This document shows, piece after piece, positions 37,932 to 47,329 of a DNA stretch of 64,000 nucleotides. Origin of the DNA: Candidatus Hydrogenedentota bacterium. GTDB taxonomy: Bacteria; Hydrogenedentota; Hydrogenedentia; Hydrogenedentales; JAEUWI01. The notes below the pieces were generated by a model, which saw only the letters and a list, made by a program, of their open reading frames with translations, was not told where the DNA came from and did no database searches. Location: NCBI GenBank assembly GCA_034669905.1, contig JAXMOL010000008.1, forward strand, positions 64,001 to 128,000. Direction: 5' to 3'. Made by a program: the position numbers and the translations under genes. The stretch's first letter is position 1; each line of letters begins with the position of its first letter.

Positions 37932-40900
37932 ATGGCTTCAACACCCAAAGAAAAAATTAAGACCACCTGCTCGTATTGTGGGGTAGGTTGCGGCGTCGAA
38001 GTTACCCGGGACAGCCGGGGCCGCCTCTCCGTTTCCGGGGATGAATCTCACCCCGTCAATTGGGGCATGCTCTGCTCCAAGGGACGCACCCTCCATCACG
38101 TCGTTCAGAACCAGGACGATCGCCTGCGCCACCCCCAGATGCGGCGCAGTAAGGCCCACCCGCTTAGCGCGGTCAGTTGGGACGATGCGTTGGACCGGAC
38201 GGCGCAGGTTTTTCGCACCCTCATCGATCGTTTCGGCCCCGCGTCGGTCGGCTTCTATGTTTCCGGGCAATGTCTCACGGAAGAATACTATGTGGCCAAC
38301 AAGCTGATGAAGGGCTTCCTCGGCAGCAACAATATCGATACCAACTCGCGGCTGTGTATGAGCTCCGCCGTGGTGGGGTACAAGCTGAGTCTGGGCGATG
38401 ATGCCTGCCCGATCAGTTATGAAGACATTGAGCTCGGTGGGAGTTTTCTTATTGCCGGGGCGAACCCCGCCTGGTGCCACCCCATTCTTTTTCGCCGTCT
38501 GGAGCAACACAAAGAGCGCAACCCGGACACCAAGGTCATCGTGGTGGATCCCCGGCGCACCCAGACCTGCGCGCTGGCCGACCTTCATCTCCAGATTCAG
38601 CCGGGCACCGACGTGGTGGTTTTCAATGCCATCGCCCGCGAACTGCATGATCAGGGGTTCTGGGACGAGACCTTTATCCAGGAACACTGCAACGGCATTG
38701 AGGAACTACGCGCCACCGTCTTTGCGACCACGACCGAGCAAGCCGCGGTCATTTGCCGCATTGAAGCGGACCAGATTCGAGAGGCGGCGCGGCTCATCGG
38801 CACAAGTGGAACCTTCCAATCCTGGTGGGCCATGGGCCTCAACCAATGCAGCAACGGGGTCGACAAGAACCTCGCACTACTGAACCTCTCCCTGGTCACC
38901 GGGCAGATTGGCCAACCCGGCGCAGGACCCTTTTCCCTTACCGGTCAGCCCAACGCCATGGGGGGCCGGGAAGTGGGTGGACTCGCCAACCTCCTGGCGG
39001 CCCACCGGGATCTCGCCGACCCGGAAGAGCGGGAGTTTGTATCGGAATACTGGGGCGGTGGTCCCATTGCGGAAAAACCGGGGCTGACCGCCACTGAAAT
39101 GTTTGAAGCGCTGGAAGCCGGCACGTTGAAGGCCCTGTGGGTCATCTGCACCAACCCGGCGGTTTCCCTACCCAATCTACCCCAGGTGGAGCGGGCCCTC
39201 AAGAAAGCCCGATTCCTCGTGGTGCAGGACATCTCTTCGCTCTCCGACACGGTGGCCCACGCGGATGTGGTGCTCCCAGCTGCGGGGTGGCTGGAGAAGC
39301 AAGGTACCATGACCAATTCGGAGCGCCGGGTGACCCATGTTCCCAAGCTCTTGGAGCCGCCGGGCGAGGCCCTTCCAGATGTGGAGATACTGTGCCGGTT
39401 CGCCGAAAAAATGGGCTGGGGCGCGGCGTTTGACTACCCGGACGAGAGCGCCATCTTTGACGAGCACTGCCGCCTGACCCAAGGCACGCCTATTGATATG
39501 TCCGGTATGTCCTACGAGCGCCTGAAGGAAAGTGGAAGCCTTCAGTGGCCCTGTCCCGATTCGAATCACCCGGGCACTCCCCGACTCTTCTCTGACCACC
39601 AGTTTTTCACAGCGGATCACCGGGCCCAACTCCATGGTGTCTCCCATACCCATCGATCGGAATCCCTGAATACCACCTATCCCCTCGTGCTCACGACGGG
39701 GCGTATCCGGGACCAGTGGCACACCATGACCCGCACGGGCAAGGTTGCCAAACTCCGGCAGCATCTGGACACGCCCTATGTGGAGATTCACCCCACCGAT
39801 GCCGTGGCCCAGCAGATCGAATCCGGCGACACCGTTACCCTCTACAACGACCGGGGCGCGGTTTCGGCCCGCGCGACAGTAACCGATTCGATCAAGCCGG
39901 GCGTAGTATTCCTTCCCATGCACTGGGGCAAGACGTTGCAACACGGCGACGCCCGGGCCAACATGTTGACGAGCGCCATCGTGGACCCCAAGTCCAAGGA
40001 GCCCGATTTCAAATACGCTGCGGTCGCCCTGAGTAAAGTCAGTGCCGAACGACGCCGCGTGGTGGTCATTGGCGGTGGCACCGCCGCGCTGGCCTTTGTC
40101 CAGGAGTATCGAAAACGCAATCAGCGTGATGAGCTCGTGGTGTTGGGCAAGGAATCGCATGGCTTCTACAACCGCATTCTGTTGCCTGATCTCATCGGGG
40201 GCGAGTGTGAATGGTCGGCCATGCAGACCACGACAGCGGCGCGCCTGCTCGAATCCCACATCATCTTTCACGGCGGTTGCTCGGTACGGACCATTCACCG
40301 CAATGACCAAACGGTTGAAGATAGCCGGGGCACCCTTCATCACTATGATCGCCTCGTCTTAGCCACAGGAAGCCGCCCACTCCTGCCGCCGGAAGCGCCC
40401 CGCAACCTGCCAGGAGTCTTCACCCTGCGCACCCGTGACGATGCCGATGCCGTCATGGCCCATGTGCAACCGGGCCATCGCTGTATCGTGGTCGGCGGAG
40501 GCCTCCTCGGACTCGAGTTGATTGCGGCCCTGCAGCAACGGGGTGCCCGGTGCGAGTTGATACACCGCTCTTCCCGGTTGATGGGCCGTCAACTCGACGC
40601 CACGGCGTCCCGGCTCCTTGCCGAGGAACTGACGGAACGGGGCATCACCCTCTATCTGAATGAGAGCGTGGCCTCGGTGCACGGCGATGCTACGGTCAAG
40701 GGCGTACGCTCCTGTAGCGGACGCTACTTCGCCTGCGACGCCCTCTTTTTCGCCACCGGGACCACCCCCAACGTGGAGCTGGCCCGCCAGGCCAGCCTCC
40801 CCTGTGGCCATGGCGTTCGGGTGGATGAGGCCATGCGTACGGCCGACCCGGATATCTTTGCCATCGGTGAAATCGCAGAGCACCGGCACCGTTGCTATGG

Positions 40901-41462
40901 CACCACCCCAGCTGCCCAGGAGCAGGCCGTGGTGGCCGCCGCCCAGATGACCGGCGACAGCTGGACGCGCTATGAAGGAAACATGCCTTTTAATGTCCTC
41001 AAGTTGCGGGGCTTCTCCCTTTGCAGTATGGGGCAAGTACTGGCCAATGACGCGGAAGACGGCTATGAAGAAATCACGCTGCTGGACGAGGCGGAACGCT
41101 TCTATCAGAAGTGCGTGGTGTACAAGAACCGCTTAGTAGGCGCGCTGCTGGTAGGGGACATGGGGGCCATGGCGGGCCTCAAGGAGCTTATCCGCACGGG
41201 CATTGAACTCGACGAACAGCGGCGCACCCTGCTCCGCGCGGGGAGCAGCAGCCCGCCAGCGCCGATGGAGGGCGCCCTGGTCTGCAGTTGTAACCAGGTG
41301 GGGACGGGAAACCTGACCACTGCCATCTCCGAAGGATGCGATACGTTGGAATCACTTTGTAAGAAGACCGGAGCCGGACTCGGCTGCGGAAGCTGTAAGC
41401 CGGAAGTGGCGACCCTGTTGGAAAGCTACCGTGCGCCCGCGATGACAGGAATATCATCATGA
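37932..41462 (+). CDS. nasA: Assimilatory nitrate reductase (Mo-bisPGD) fused to FAD/NADH oxidoreductase and BFD [2Fe-2S] domain
   Basis: CSYCGVGC...C; NSRLCMSS; GQPNAMGGRE; TTGRIRDQWHT; then VVVIGGG, GGGLLGLE; C-terminal CSCN...CGSC. Confidence 0.92.
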   Translation: MASTPKEKIKTTCSYCGVGCGVEVTRDSRGRLSVSGDESHPVNWGMLCSKGRTLHHVVQNQDDRLRHPQMRRSKAHPLSAVSWDDALDRTAQVFRTLIDRFGPASVGFYVSGQCLTEEYYVANKLMKGFLGSNNIDTNSRLCMSSAVVGYKLSLGDDACPISYEDIELGGSFLIAGANPAWCHPILFRRLEQHKERNPDTKVIVVDPRRTQTCALADLHLQIQPGTDVVVFNAIARELHDQGFWDETFIQEHCNGIEELRATVFATTTEQAAVICRIEADQIREAARLIGTSGTFQSWWAMGLNQCSNGVDKNLALLNLSLVTGQIGQPGAGPFSLTGQPNAMGGREVGGLANLLAAHRDLADPEEREFVSEYWGGGPIAEKPGLTATEMFEALEAGTLKALWVICTNPAVSLPNLPQVERALKKARFLVVQDISSLSDTVAHADVVLPAAGWLEKQGTMTNSERRVTHVPKLLEPPGEALPDVEILCRFAEKMGWGAAFDYPDESAIFDEHCRLTQGTPIDMSGMSYERLKESGSLQWPCPDSNHPGTPRLFSDHQFFTADHRAQLHGVSHTHRSESLNTTYPLVLTTGRIRDQWHTMTRTGKVAKLRQHLDTPYVEIHPTDAVAQQIESGDTVTLYNDRGAVSARATVTDSIKPGVVFLPMHWGKTLQHGDARANMLTSAIVDPKSKEPDFKYAAVALSKVSAERRRVVVIGGGTAALAFVQEYRKRNQRDELVVLGKESHGFYNRILLPDLIGGECEWSAMQTTTAARLLESHIIFHGGCSVRTIHRNDQTVEDSRGTLHHYDRLVLATGSRPLLPPEAPRNLPGVFTLRTRDDADAVMAHVQPGHRCIVVGGGLLGLELIAALQQRGARCELIHRSSRLMGRQLDATASRLLAEELTERGITLYLNESVASVHGDATVKGVRSCSGRYFACDALFFATGTTPNVELARQASLPCGHGVRVDEAMRTADPDIFAIGEIAEHRHRCYGTTPAAQEQAVVAAAQMTGDSWTRYEGNMPFNVLKLRGFSLCSMGQVLANDAEDGYEEITLLDEAERFYQKCVVYKNRLVGALLVGDMGAMAGLKELIRTGIELDEQRRTLLRAGSSSPPAPMEGALVCSCNQVGTGNLTTAISEGCDTLESLCKKTGAGLGCGSCKPEVATLLESYRAPAMTGISS

Positions 41463-42901
41463 ATCGACACAGTGCCGATATGACCTTTTACACCCAGGGG
41501 GGCCGTATTGCCTTTCGCCTCCTCCGCCAACTCGCCGAAGAGGGGATGGTCCATGGGGAAGGTACCCTCGCGCTTGGCAGCCGTCAGGAAATCATTTTGC
41601 CGCAGATCGGCCTGGACTCCCAGGACTATATGCGGGATATTGTGGGTGCACGCCTTTCGGAATTTCACCCCAAGCGCCCCAATATGGTGACGACACGGTC
41701 CGTGGCCCCCCGCTCCCAGCGCACCGCGTGGCTGGGCGAAGGCAGCTACGATGCCATCTTACAGGGCTTCCAAAGTAACCCGGCGATTGCCGTAGACATT
41801 GTAGACCCATTGCAGCATAGCGTACCCCTTTTCACCGGGCAGGCCCATTTTGTGGCCACCCCCGAGCCCGACTACTGGCAACTCTATCTCAATGTCATCC
41901 CGGAAGGCGATCGTATTGAGCTCACGCAGGCCATCCACAGCGACGACATCGCGGCCGTGACGGGATTGGTTCATCAGCATTTTCTCGCCTACGGGACACT
42001 CGATCCGACGCCGCTCCAGGAAGCGATCGAAGCGTTGGCGGGCAATCGATTGCGAAGTCTGGGCACTATGGTGCTCCATCACAACACCCGAATTCGCCCC
42101 ATCGTCGGCTTTAAACGGGATCCCCAGAGTGACCGTTTCAGCCTGGGGATTCCCGTGCAACGATACCCCTTGCCCGGTGCGTTCCTCATCGACCTTTCCC
42201 TGCTCGCCGACCGCTGCGGCATCACGACCGCCCACCTGAGCCCGTGGAAGAGCCTCTTAATACACGGCATACCCCCAAGCGAACGCGTGTCGTTTGAAAA
42301 GATCCTCCTCCGGCATCGAATCAACCTCAATCCGGGTGCCTGGGATCATGTCACCCTTAACGGGTGGCGCTCCCCCAAGCTGGTGCAGTGTGCCCACGAA
42401 CTGATCGGCGCCCTCAACCAGCACGCGCCCCATGCGGCTGATCTGACCCTCGCGTTGGTTGACGATGTCATGACCCTGCCCGATACCCCCATCGTCATTC
42501 GCGCCAAACGGAGCACCCACCCCCTGTCACGCTTTCAGCGTGCCCCCCGCTTTTCTATTTTCGCACGGGACCGCTTTGAGCACGGTAATCCAACCCTGGT
42601 TCCCCATGGTCGGGAACTCCGCTTCAAGGCGCTGCTGGAAACCCTCTTGGACCTGGTCGAAGGCTATGGGGCGACCGAAAAACAGGCGGTGACCAAGGCG
42701 GTTCCGAAAACCCGGAGCGCGCCGCCGCTGAATGCCCATCGGTGCACTGAATGTGGCACCGAGTATAGCGCCTTGTATGGGGACCCCCTGGGAGGTATCG
42801 ACGTGGGTACGCCCTTCGACGAACTGCCCGCCGACTGGTCTTGTCCGACCTGTGAGGCCCCCCTCGACCGCTATGAGCACGTGCGGGGCACCGCCGCATA
42901 G
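41459..42901 (+). CDS. Rubredoxin-domain protein with large uncharacterised N-terminal region
   Basis: C-terminal CTEC...GTPFDELPADWSCPTC rubredoxin; ATGA-coupled to nasA. Confidence 0.75.
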   Translation: MNRHSADMTFYTQGGRIAFRLLRQLAEEGMVHGEGTLALGSRQEIILPQIGLDSQDYMRDIVGARLSEFHPKRPNMVTTRSVAPRSQRTAWLGEGSYDAILQGFQSNPAIAVDIVDPLQHSVPLFTGQAHFVATPEPDYWQLYLNVIPEGDRIELTQAIHSDDIAAVTGLVHQHFLAYGTLDPTPLQEAIEALAGNRLRSLGTMVLHHNTRIRPIVGFKRDPQSDRFSLGIPVQRYPLPGAFLIDLSLLADRCGITTAHLSPWKSLLIHGIPPSERVSFEKILLRHRINLNPGAWDHVTLNGWRSPKLVQCAHELIGALNQHAPHAADLTLALVDDVMTLPDTPIVIRAKRSTHPLSRFQRAPRFSIFARDRFEHGNPTLVPHGRELRFKALLETLLDLVEGYGATEKQAVTKAVPKTRSAPPLNAHRCTECGTEYSALYGDPLGGIDVGTPFDELPADWSCPTCEAPLDRYEHVRGTAA

Positions 42902-42930
42902 GCGATTCGGGTGGGGCTCCCGCGGTCGCC

Positions 42931-43374
42931 CTAGTCGGTCACCACGCCCGTTTGAACCGACGCGGCCGAGTAATCCTCTGCGGGGATGGGTGCTCCCGCG
43001 AGCCCGCACAACATGGCGAGCTGACCCACGTGGGTCAGCACATCCGACAGGGGCCCTTGAATCAGGCGCTTTGAAGATTCCATCGAGAATTCCTTCTCCG
43101 CTAACACGCCATCGAGGAGCCCCAGTTCCTCCGTAAACCGGGCCAATTCTTCGTCCCAGGGCCGGGCATCCCAATCGGTTGAATCGGAGCGTTCTTCCGC
43201 CAGAAAAACCCGGGTGGCTCGGATAACGTGGGCCATGTGGTTAACGATGGCTTGGGGATTACGTGTCTTCAGCCCCACCGTGAAGGTACCGAAGAGAGGT
43301 GGGGCGTGATCGCAGACCTTCTCGAGGCGGTAGGCTGTTGTGGCCACCATATGGCGCAAGAGTGGATTGTTCAT
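42931..43374 (-). CDS. DinB-like hypothetical protein
   Basis: IVNHM...LTHVGQLAML pattern; start ATG 43374. Confidence 0.55.
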   Translation of the reverse strand: MNNPLLRHMVATTAYRLEKVCDHAPPLFGTFTVGLKTRNPQAIVNHMAHVIRATRVFLAEERSDSTDWDARPWDEELARFTEELGLLDGVLAEKEFSMESSKRLIQGPLSDVLTHVGQLAMLCGLAGAPIPAEDYSAASVQTGVVTD

Positions 43375-43390
43375 GACCTGCTCCCGTCGT

Positions 43391-44839
43391 TCATTGCTTT
43401 GCTTCGGCAAGCAAGGCCTTCAGCGCCACGACCTTCTCGGGCGCCTCCTGCCACAAATTCTTCGCTTCGCCTACATCACGGTCGAGATGGTAGAGTTGCA
43501 CCGGCGGCGCACCCGGACCGGGTTTCGCTTTGCCATTGCTGCTCCAGCCGCCACTCCCAGCGCTGTCGATAAATTTCCACGGGCCCTGACGCAAGGCGAA
43601 CACCCCGTTGATGGAGTGATGGATGGTGTGCTCTCGCAAGGGCTTTTCGAGCGTGTCGCCACGCAGCGCAGGCCACATGCTCACGCTGTCTTCGCCCGCA
43701 CCGGCGGGCAACGGCGAACCGGTGATGTCCGCCACGGTAGCGAGTAGATCCGGCAGGGTGGTCGTCTCCTTCGAGATGACGCCCGCCTTTACCTGGCCCG
43801 GCCAACGGACGAAGAAGGGCACGCGGTGTCCCCCTTCCCAGACATCGGACTTGCGCCCCCGGAAATGGTAGTTGGGACGGTGGTTAAAGGCCTTGACCAT
43901 TTTGCCGGTGGGCTCGGTGGAGCCGTTGTCGCTGGTCATGATGACGAGGGTGTTCTCTGCCATTCCCAGGTCGTCGAGGGTCTTTAAGACCTGGCCCACG
44001 GTGTCATCGACCTGGGCTGTGAAGTCGCCATAGTCCCCCGCCTCACTCCAGCCTTTCACAAAAGGGGCGGGCACCACGGGGGTATGGGGCGCGGTCAGGG
44101 GAAAATAAAGGAAGAAGGGTTTTCCTTCTCCAGATTCTTTATGCTCTTTCAAATAGGCCACGGCCCGATCGGTGAATTCGGGCATCACATCGACAGCTTT
44201 GAAGCCATCGGCCGTAAGACCGGAACGAAAGGTGGTGGGCAAGACCTCCGTGGGCACGGCAGTGGCCCGGTCGTTTTCGATATAAACATAGGGCGGCATA
44301 TCGAGGGAGGCGGAGATACCATAGAAGTAATCGAAACCGAGATCGTTGGGACCATGGGTCAAGGGCTTATCAAAGGCCACGTTTTCCCCCGTCAGTTTCG
44401 CATCATCGTTGAGCGGCGAGCCATCCTTCGTCTGCCAGCCCAGACCCAGATGCCACTTTCCGATACAGGCGGTTGTATAACCCTGGTCTTTCAGGAACTG
44501 GGGCACCGTTAACTCCCCCTGATCGATGAGGCCCGGGGAGTAGCCCCAGAGCACGCCGTTTTTCAAGCGCGTGCGCCACGCGTAGCGTCCCGTCAACAGG
44601 CCGTAGCGCGTGGGTGTGCAGACGGCGGAGGGCGAATGGGCATCGGTGAAGGTCATGCCTTCGGCCGCGAGGCGATCCATGTGGGGCGTGGGGATCTTGG
44701 ACTCGGGGTTGAGGCAGCGCACGTCGCCATAGCCCAGGTCATCGGCGAGGATGTAGATGATGTTGGGTTTTTCCTGGGCGACTGCCGATAGTGTGACAAA
44801 GACACTTGCCAGTAGCAGCATCGTTCGGAGTGAATACAT
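43391..44839 (-). CDS. Arylsulfatase (S1 family)
   Basis: PNIIYILADDLGYGD, CTPTR, GKWHLG; signal peptide. Confidence 0.93.
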   Translation of the reverse strand: MYSLRTMLLLASVFVTLSAVAQEKPNIIYILADDLGYGDVRCLNPESKIPTPHMDRLAAEGMTFTDAHSPSAVCTPTRYGLLTGRYAWRTRLKNGVLWGYSPGLIDQGELTVPQFLKDQGYTTACIGKWHLGLGWQTKDGSPLNDDAKLTGENVAFDKPLTHGPNDLGFDYFYGISASLDMPPYVYIENDRATAVPTEVLPTTFRSGLTADGFKAVDVMPEFTDRAVAYLKEHKESGEGKPFFLYFPLTAPHTPVVPAPFVKGWSEAGDYGDFTAQVDDTVGQVLKTLDDLGMAENTLVIMTSDNGSTEPTGKMVKAFNHRPNYHFRGRKSDVWEGGHRVPFFVRWPGQVKAGVISKETTTLPDLLATVADITGSPLPAGAGEDSVSMWPALRGDTLEKPLREHTIHHSINGVFALRQGPWKFIDSAGSGGWSSNGKAKPGPGAPPVQLYHLDRDVGEAKNLWQEAPEKVVALKALLAEAKQ

Positions 44840-44865
44840 AGGTGACCTTTCAATTACGGAATTCG

Positions 44866-45446
44866 CTCGTTACTACGGTCCTCCGTAGTAACGCATACCC
44901 TTACGCTCCCGCGTAAGATACCCAGCGAAAGCGCTCTGTGTCTAGCAAATCACACGAAGCAATTCGGTATTTCCTCGGACCCGTGTAGACCTTATGCCGG
45001 GGGACCGGCATGCTATGCATTACCACGGAGGACCGTGGTAACGAGAAGAGAACCCACCCCCGGCCCCTCCCAGGAGGGGAGTACTATCTGTAATCCTTCG
45101 AGGCGCTCGCGAGATACGTAATGACCCCACTGAACAATCCAGACCACTAGAAAACTGGACTCGTTACTACGGTCCTCCGTAGTAACGCATACCCTTACGC
45201 TCCCGCGTAAGATACCTAGCGAAAGCGCTCCGTGTCTAGCAACTCTCACGAAGTAATTCGTTATTTCCTCGGACCCGTGTAGACCTTATGCCGGGGGACC
45301 GGCATGGTATGCATGACCACGGGGGACCGTGGTAACGAGAAGAGAACCCACCCCCGGCCCCTCCCAGGAGGGGAGTACTATCGGCCACTTTTCGAGCCGC
45401 TCGTGGGATACACCATGGCTCCTATGAATCATTCAGACTACTAGAA
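44866..45446. repeat. Tandem 294-bp duplication, each unit a 180-bp inverted REP doublet plus a second REP-like hairpin
   Basis: Units start at 44866 and 45160; arms CTCGTTACTACGGTCCTCCGTAGTAACGCATA and TATGCATTACCACGGAGGACCGTGGTAACGAG; followed by CCCACCCCCGGCCCCTCCCAGGAGGGGAG. Confidence 0.92.
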
Positions 45447-47327
45447 TATCGTCGGCCGTTCCAACACCACGGACTTCAGATCCATCACCGTTTCACCCGG
45501 CTTAGTTAAGGCACGCACCGTCAGCCGTGTCGTGCCTTCGGGAATCGCCAAGGTGCCCACCGAAAGGGACTTCCACTCCTTTTCATACACTTCGATGCGC
45601 TTCACGCGGTCCGGACTCGGCAGGAACGCGGGATCGTGGGCCGCGGTGATCACGCCCTGTACGGACACATCCCCCACGGACACTTCGAATTCCGCTCCGA
45701 CGTTAGCCGGCGCGCAAACGTAGTTCAGGGTTACGGCGTAGTTTCCGGCGCGTACATTGTGAATATCCCAATAGACGTAGGCCTCCGTGTCGCTCCAATC
45801 GGTAAACCAATCGTTGGCCCACCCGGCGCGCACGGCGTATTTCACGTTTCCGACCGGTTTACCTTCCGGGGCCAGCAGCTCCACGATGGGCCGCTCGGCG
45901 TAGCCCACCGGAATGGGCAAGGGTTCCGGAGTCAGGTCCGCGCTCACGTCGGCATACCACGCGTCATAGCGGGCCTTGAGGGCATCGAAGACCAGGGGCT
46001 TCAGTGACGCGATGTCCACGGTCTCGCCGGGGTCCACACGGAGGTCATAAAGGGAGGCCTGTTCCCCCTGCAGGGTCAGCCGATAGTCCGCCGTGCGCAG
46101 TGCCGCGCGGGCACGCCAGTGGGAGAAAACATCCCGCTCGGTCCATGCGCGGGCCGGGTCTTCGATGAGGGGACGCAGATTCCGGCCGTCGAGTTGAACC
46201 CCGTCGGGTGTTCCAAGCCCGGCATAGGCCAGCAGGGTCGGCATCAGGTCGATATGCTGGGTCAAGGCCTCCACGACCTGGCCACGGGGAATCATGCCCG
46301 GGCCATTCATGAGGAGCATGTTGCGCACGCCCCCTTCGTGGACGGTTCCCTTGTGGCCCCGGAGGCCGCCCACATAGCGTTTGGAGTTGGGGCCATTGTC
46401 GCCGAGGTAGAGGATGAGGGTGTTGTCGCGCAGGCCCAACGTTTCCAGGGTCTCGACCATGCGCCCTACGTTGTCGTCGAGATTCTCACACATGCCATAG
46501 ACGCAGGCGAGGGTATCGTCCAGCCCCAGGGCCTTGTACTTATCGAAGTATTTGTCAGGCACCTGGAAAGGCGAATGGGGCGTGTTGTAGGGCACATAAC
46601 AAAGAAAGGGCTTATCCTGATTGGTCGTCATGAATGCGATGGCCTGGTCGGTCACCACGTCGTTGATGTATCCCGCCACCTGCACCCGCTGCCCATTGTG
46701 TTCGTAATGGGTGTCGAAGTAGTTGTTCCAGTGTCCCGCGCTGAACCCGAAGAATTCCTCGAATCCCTGTCCATTGGGGTCGTGGGGGAAGTGGCCGCCG
46801 TTGTGCCACTTACCAAAACAGCCCGTCGCGTATCCCGCTGCTTTGAGCGTTTCGGCGAGGGTGACCTCTTCGGCCCGCATGACTTCCCGCCCGTCGGTGA
46901 CACCCGTCACGTTGGTGCGCAGGTGGTGCCGCCCGGTCAGGAGGCTTGCCCGCGTGGGGGCACAAACAGGGCTCACGTAAAAGTGTTGGAAGCGCGTGCC
47001 GCTTTGGGCCAGGGCATCAAGGTTAGGGGTCTGGATAACGTCGTTTCCATGGACGCCCAAGTCGCCCCATCCCTGGTCGTCGGTGAGAATGAGGAGGATG
47101 TTGGGCGGCGCGGCGTGGGTGCTTGAAGCAACACCAACGAGAAATACGAAGAGAAGCCATGCCAACGGTCGGGTGCCACGGAAAAGGAGCGACAGCGCCT
47201 TGCCCGTGTGGGGTCTAAGCCGCTCTGAGAAGGGCACCGACTTCGGAAAGCATCTGCACGGGCAAACCCTGCCCGGCCTGCCCGTGGTACCCGAAGTATA
47301 CATGTTTCTAGCGAAGACGAGTTCCAT
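45441..47327 (-). CDS. Arylsulfatase with C-terminal beta-sandwich; signal peptide interrupted by in-frame repeat
   Basis: PNILLILTDDQGWGD, CAPTR, GKWHNG; ATG 2 nt after upstream stop. Confidence 0.9.
   Translation of the reverse strand: MELVFARNMYTSGTTGRPGRVCPCRCFPKSVPFSERLRPHTGKALSLLFRGTRPLAWLLFVFLVGVASSTHAAPPNILLILTDDQGWGDLGVHGNDVIQTPNLDALAQSGTRFQHFYVSPVCAPTRASLLTGRHHLRTNVTGVTDGREVMRAEEVTLAETLKAAGYATGCFGKWHNGGHFPHDPNGQGFEEFFGFSAGHWNNYFDTHYEHNGQRVQVAGYINDVVTDQAIAFMTTNQDKPFLCYVPYNTPHSPFQVPDKYFDKYKALGLDDTLACVYGMCENLDDNVGRMVETLETLGLRDNTLILYLGDNGPNSKRYVGGLRGHKGTVHEGGVRNMLLMNGPGMIPRGQVVEALTQHIDLMPTLLAYAGLGTPDGVQLDGRNLRPLIEDPARAWTERDVFSHWRARAALRTADYRLTLQGEQASLYDLRVDPGETVDIASLKPLVFDALKARYDAWYADVSADLTPEPLPIPVGYAERPIVELLAPEGKPVGNVKYAVRAGWANDWFTDWSDTEAYVYWDIHNVRAGNYAVTLNYVCAPANVGAEFEVSVGDVSVQGVITAAHDPAFLPSPDRVKRIEVYEKEWKSLSVGTLAIPEGTTRLTVRALTKPGETVMDLKSVVLERPTIF
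47169..47294. repeat. 126-bp inverted REP-like doublet inside a coding sequence
   Basis: Ends TCGGGTGCCACGG and CCGTGGTACCCGA; right arm nearly identical to the hairpin at 15850. Confidence 0.8.
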
Positions 47328-47329
47328 AT

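Noticed and set aside
44866..45446. CRISPR array
   Set aside because: Only two long units with conserved interiors, no unique spacers and no cas genes
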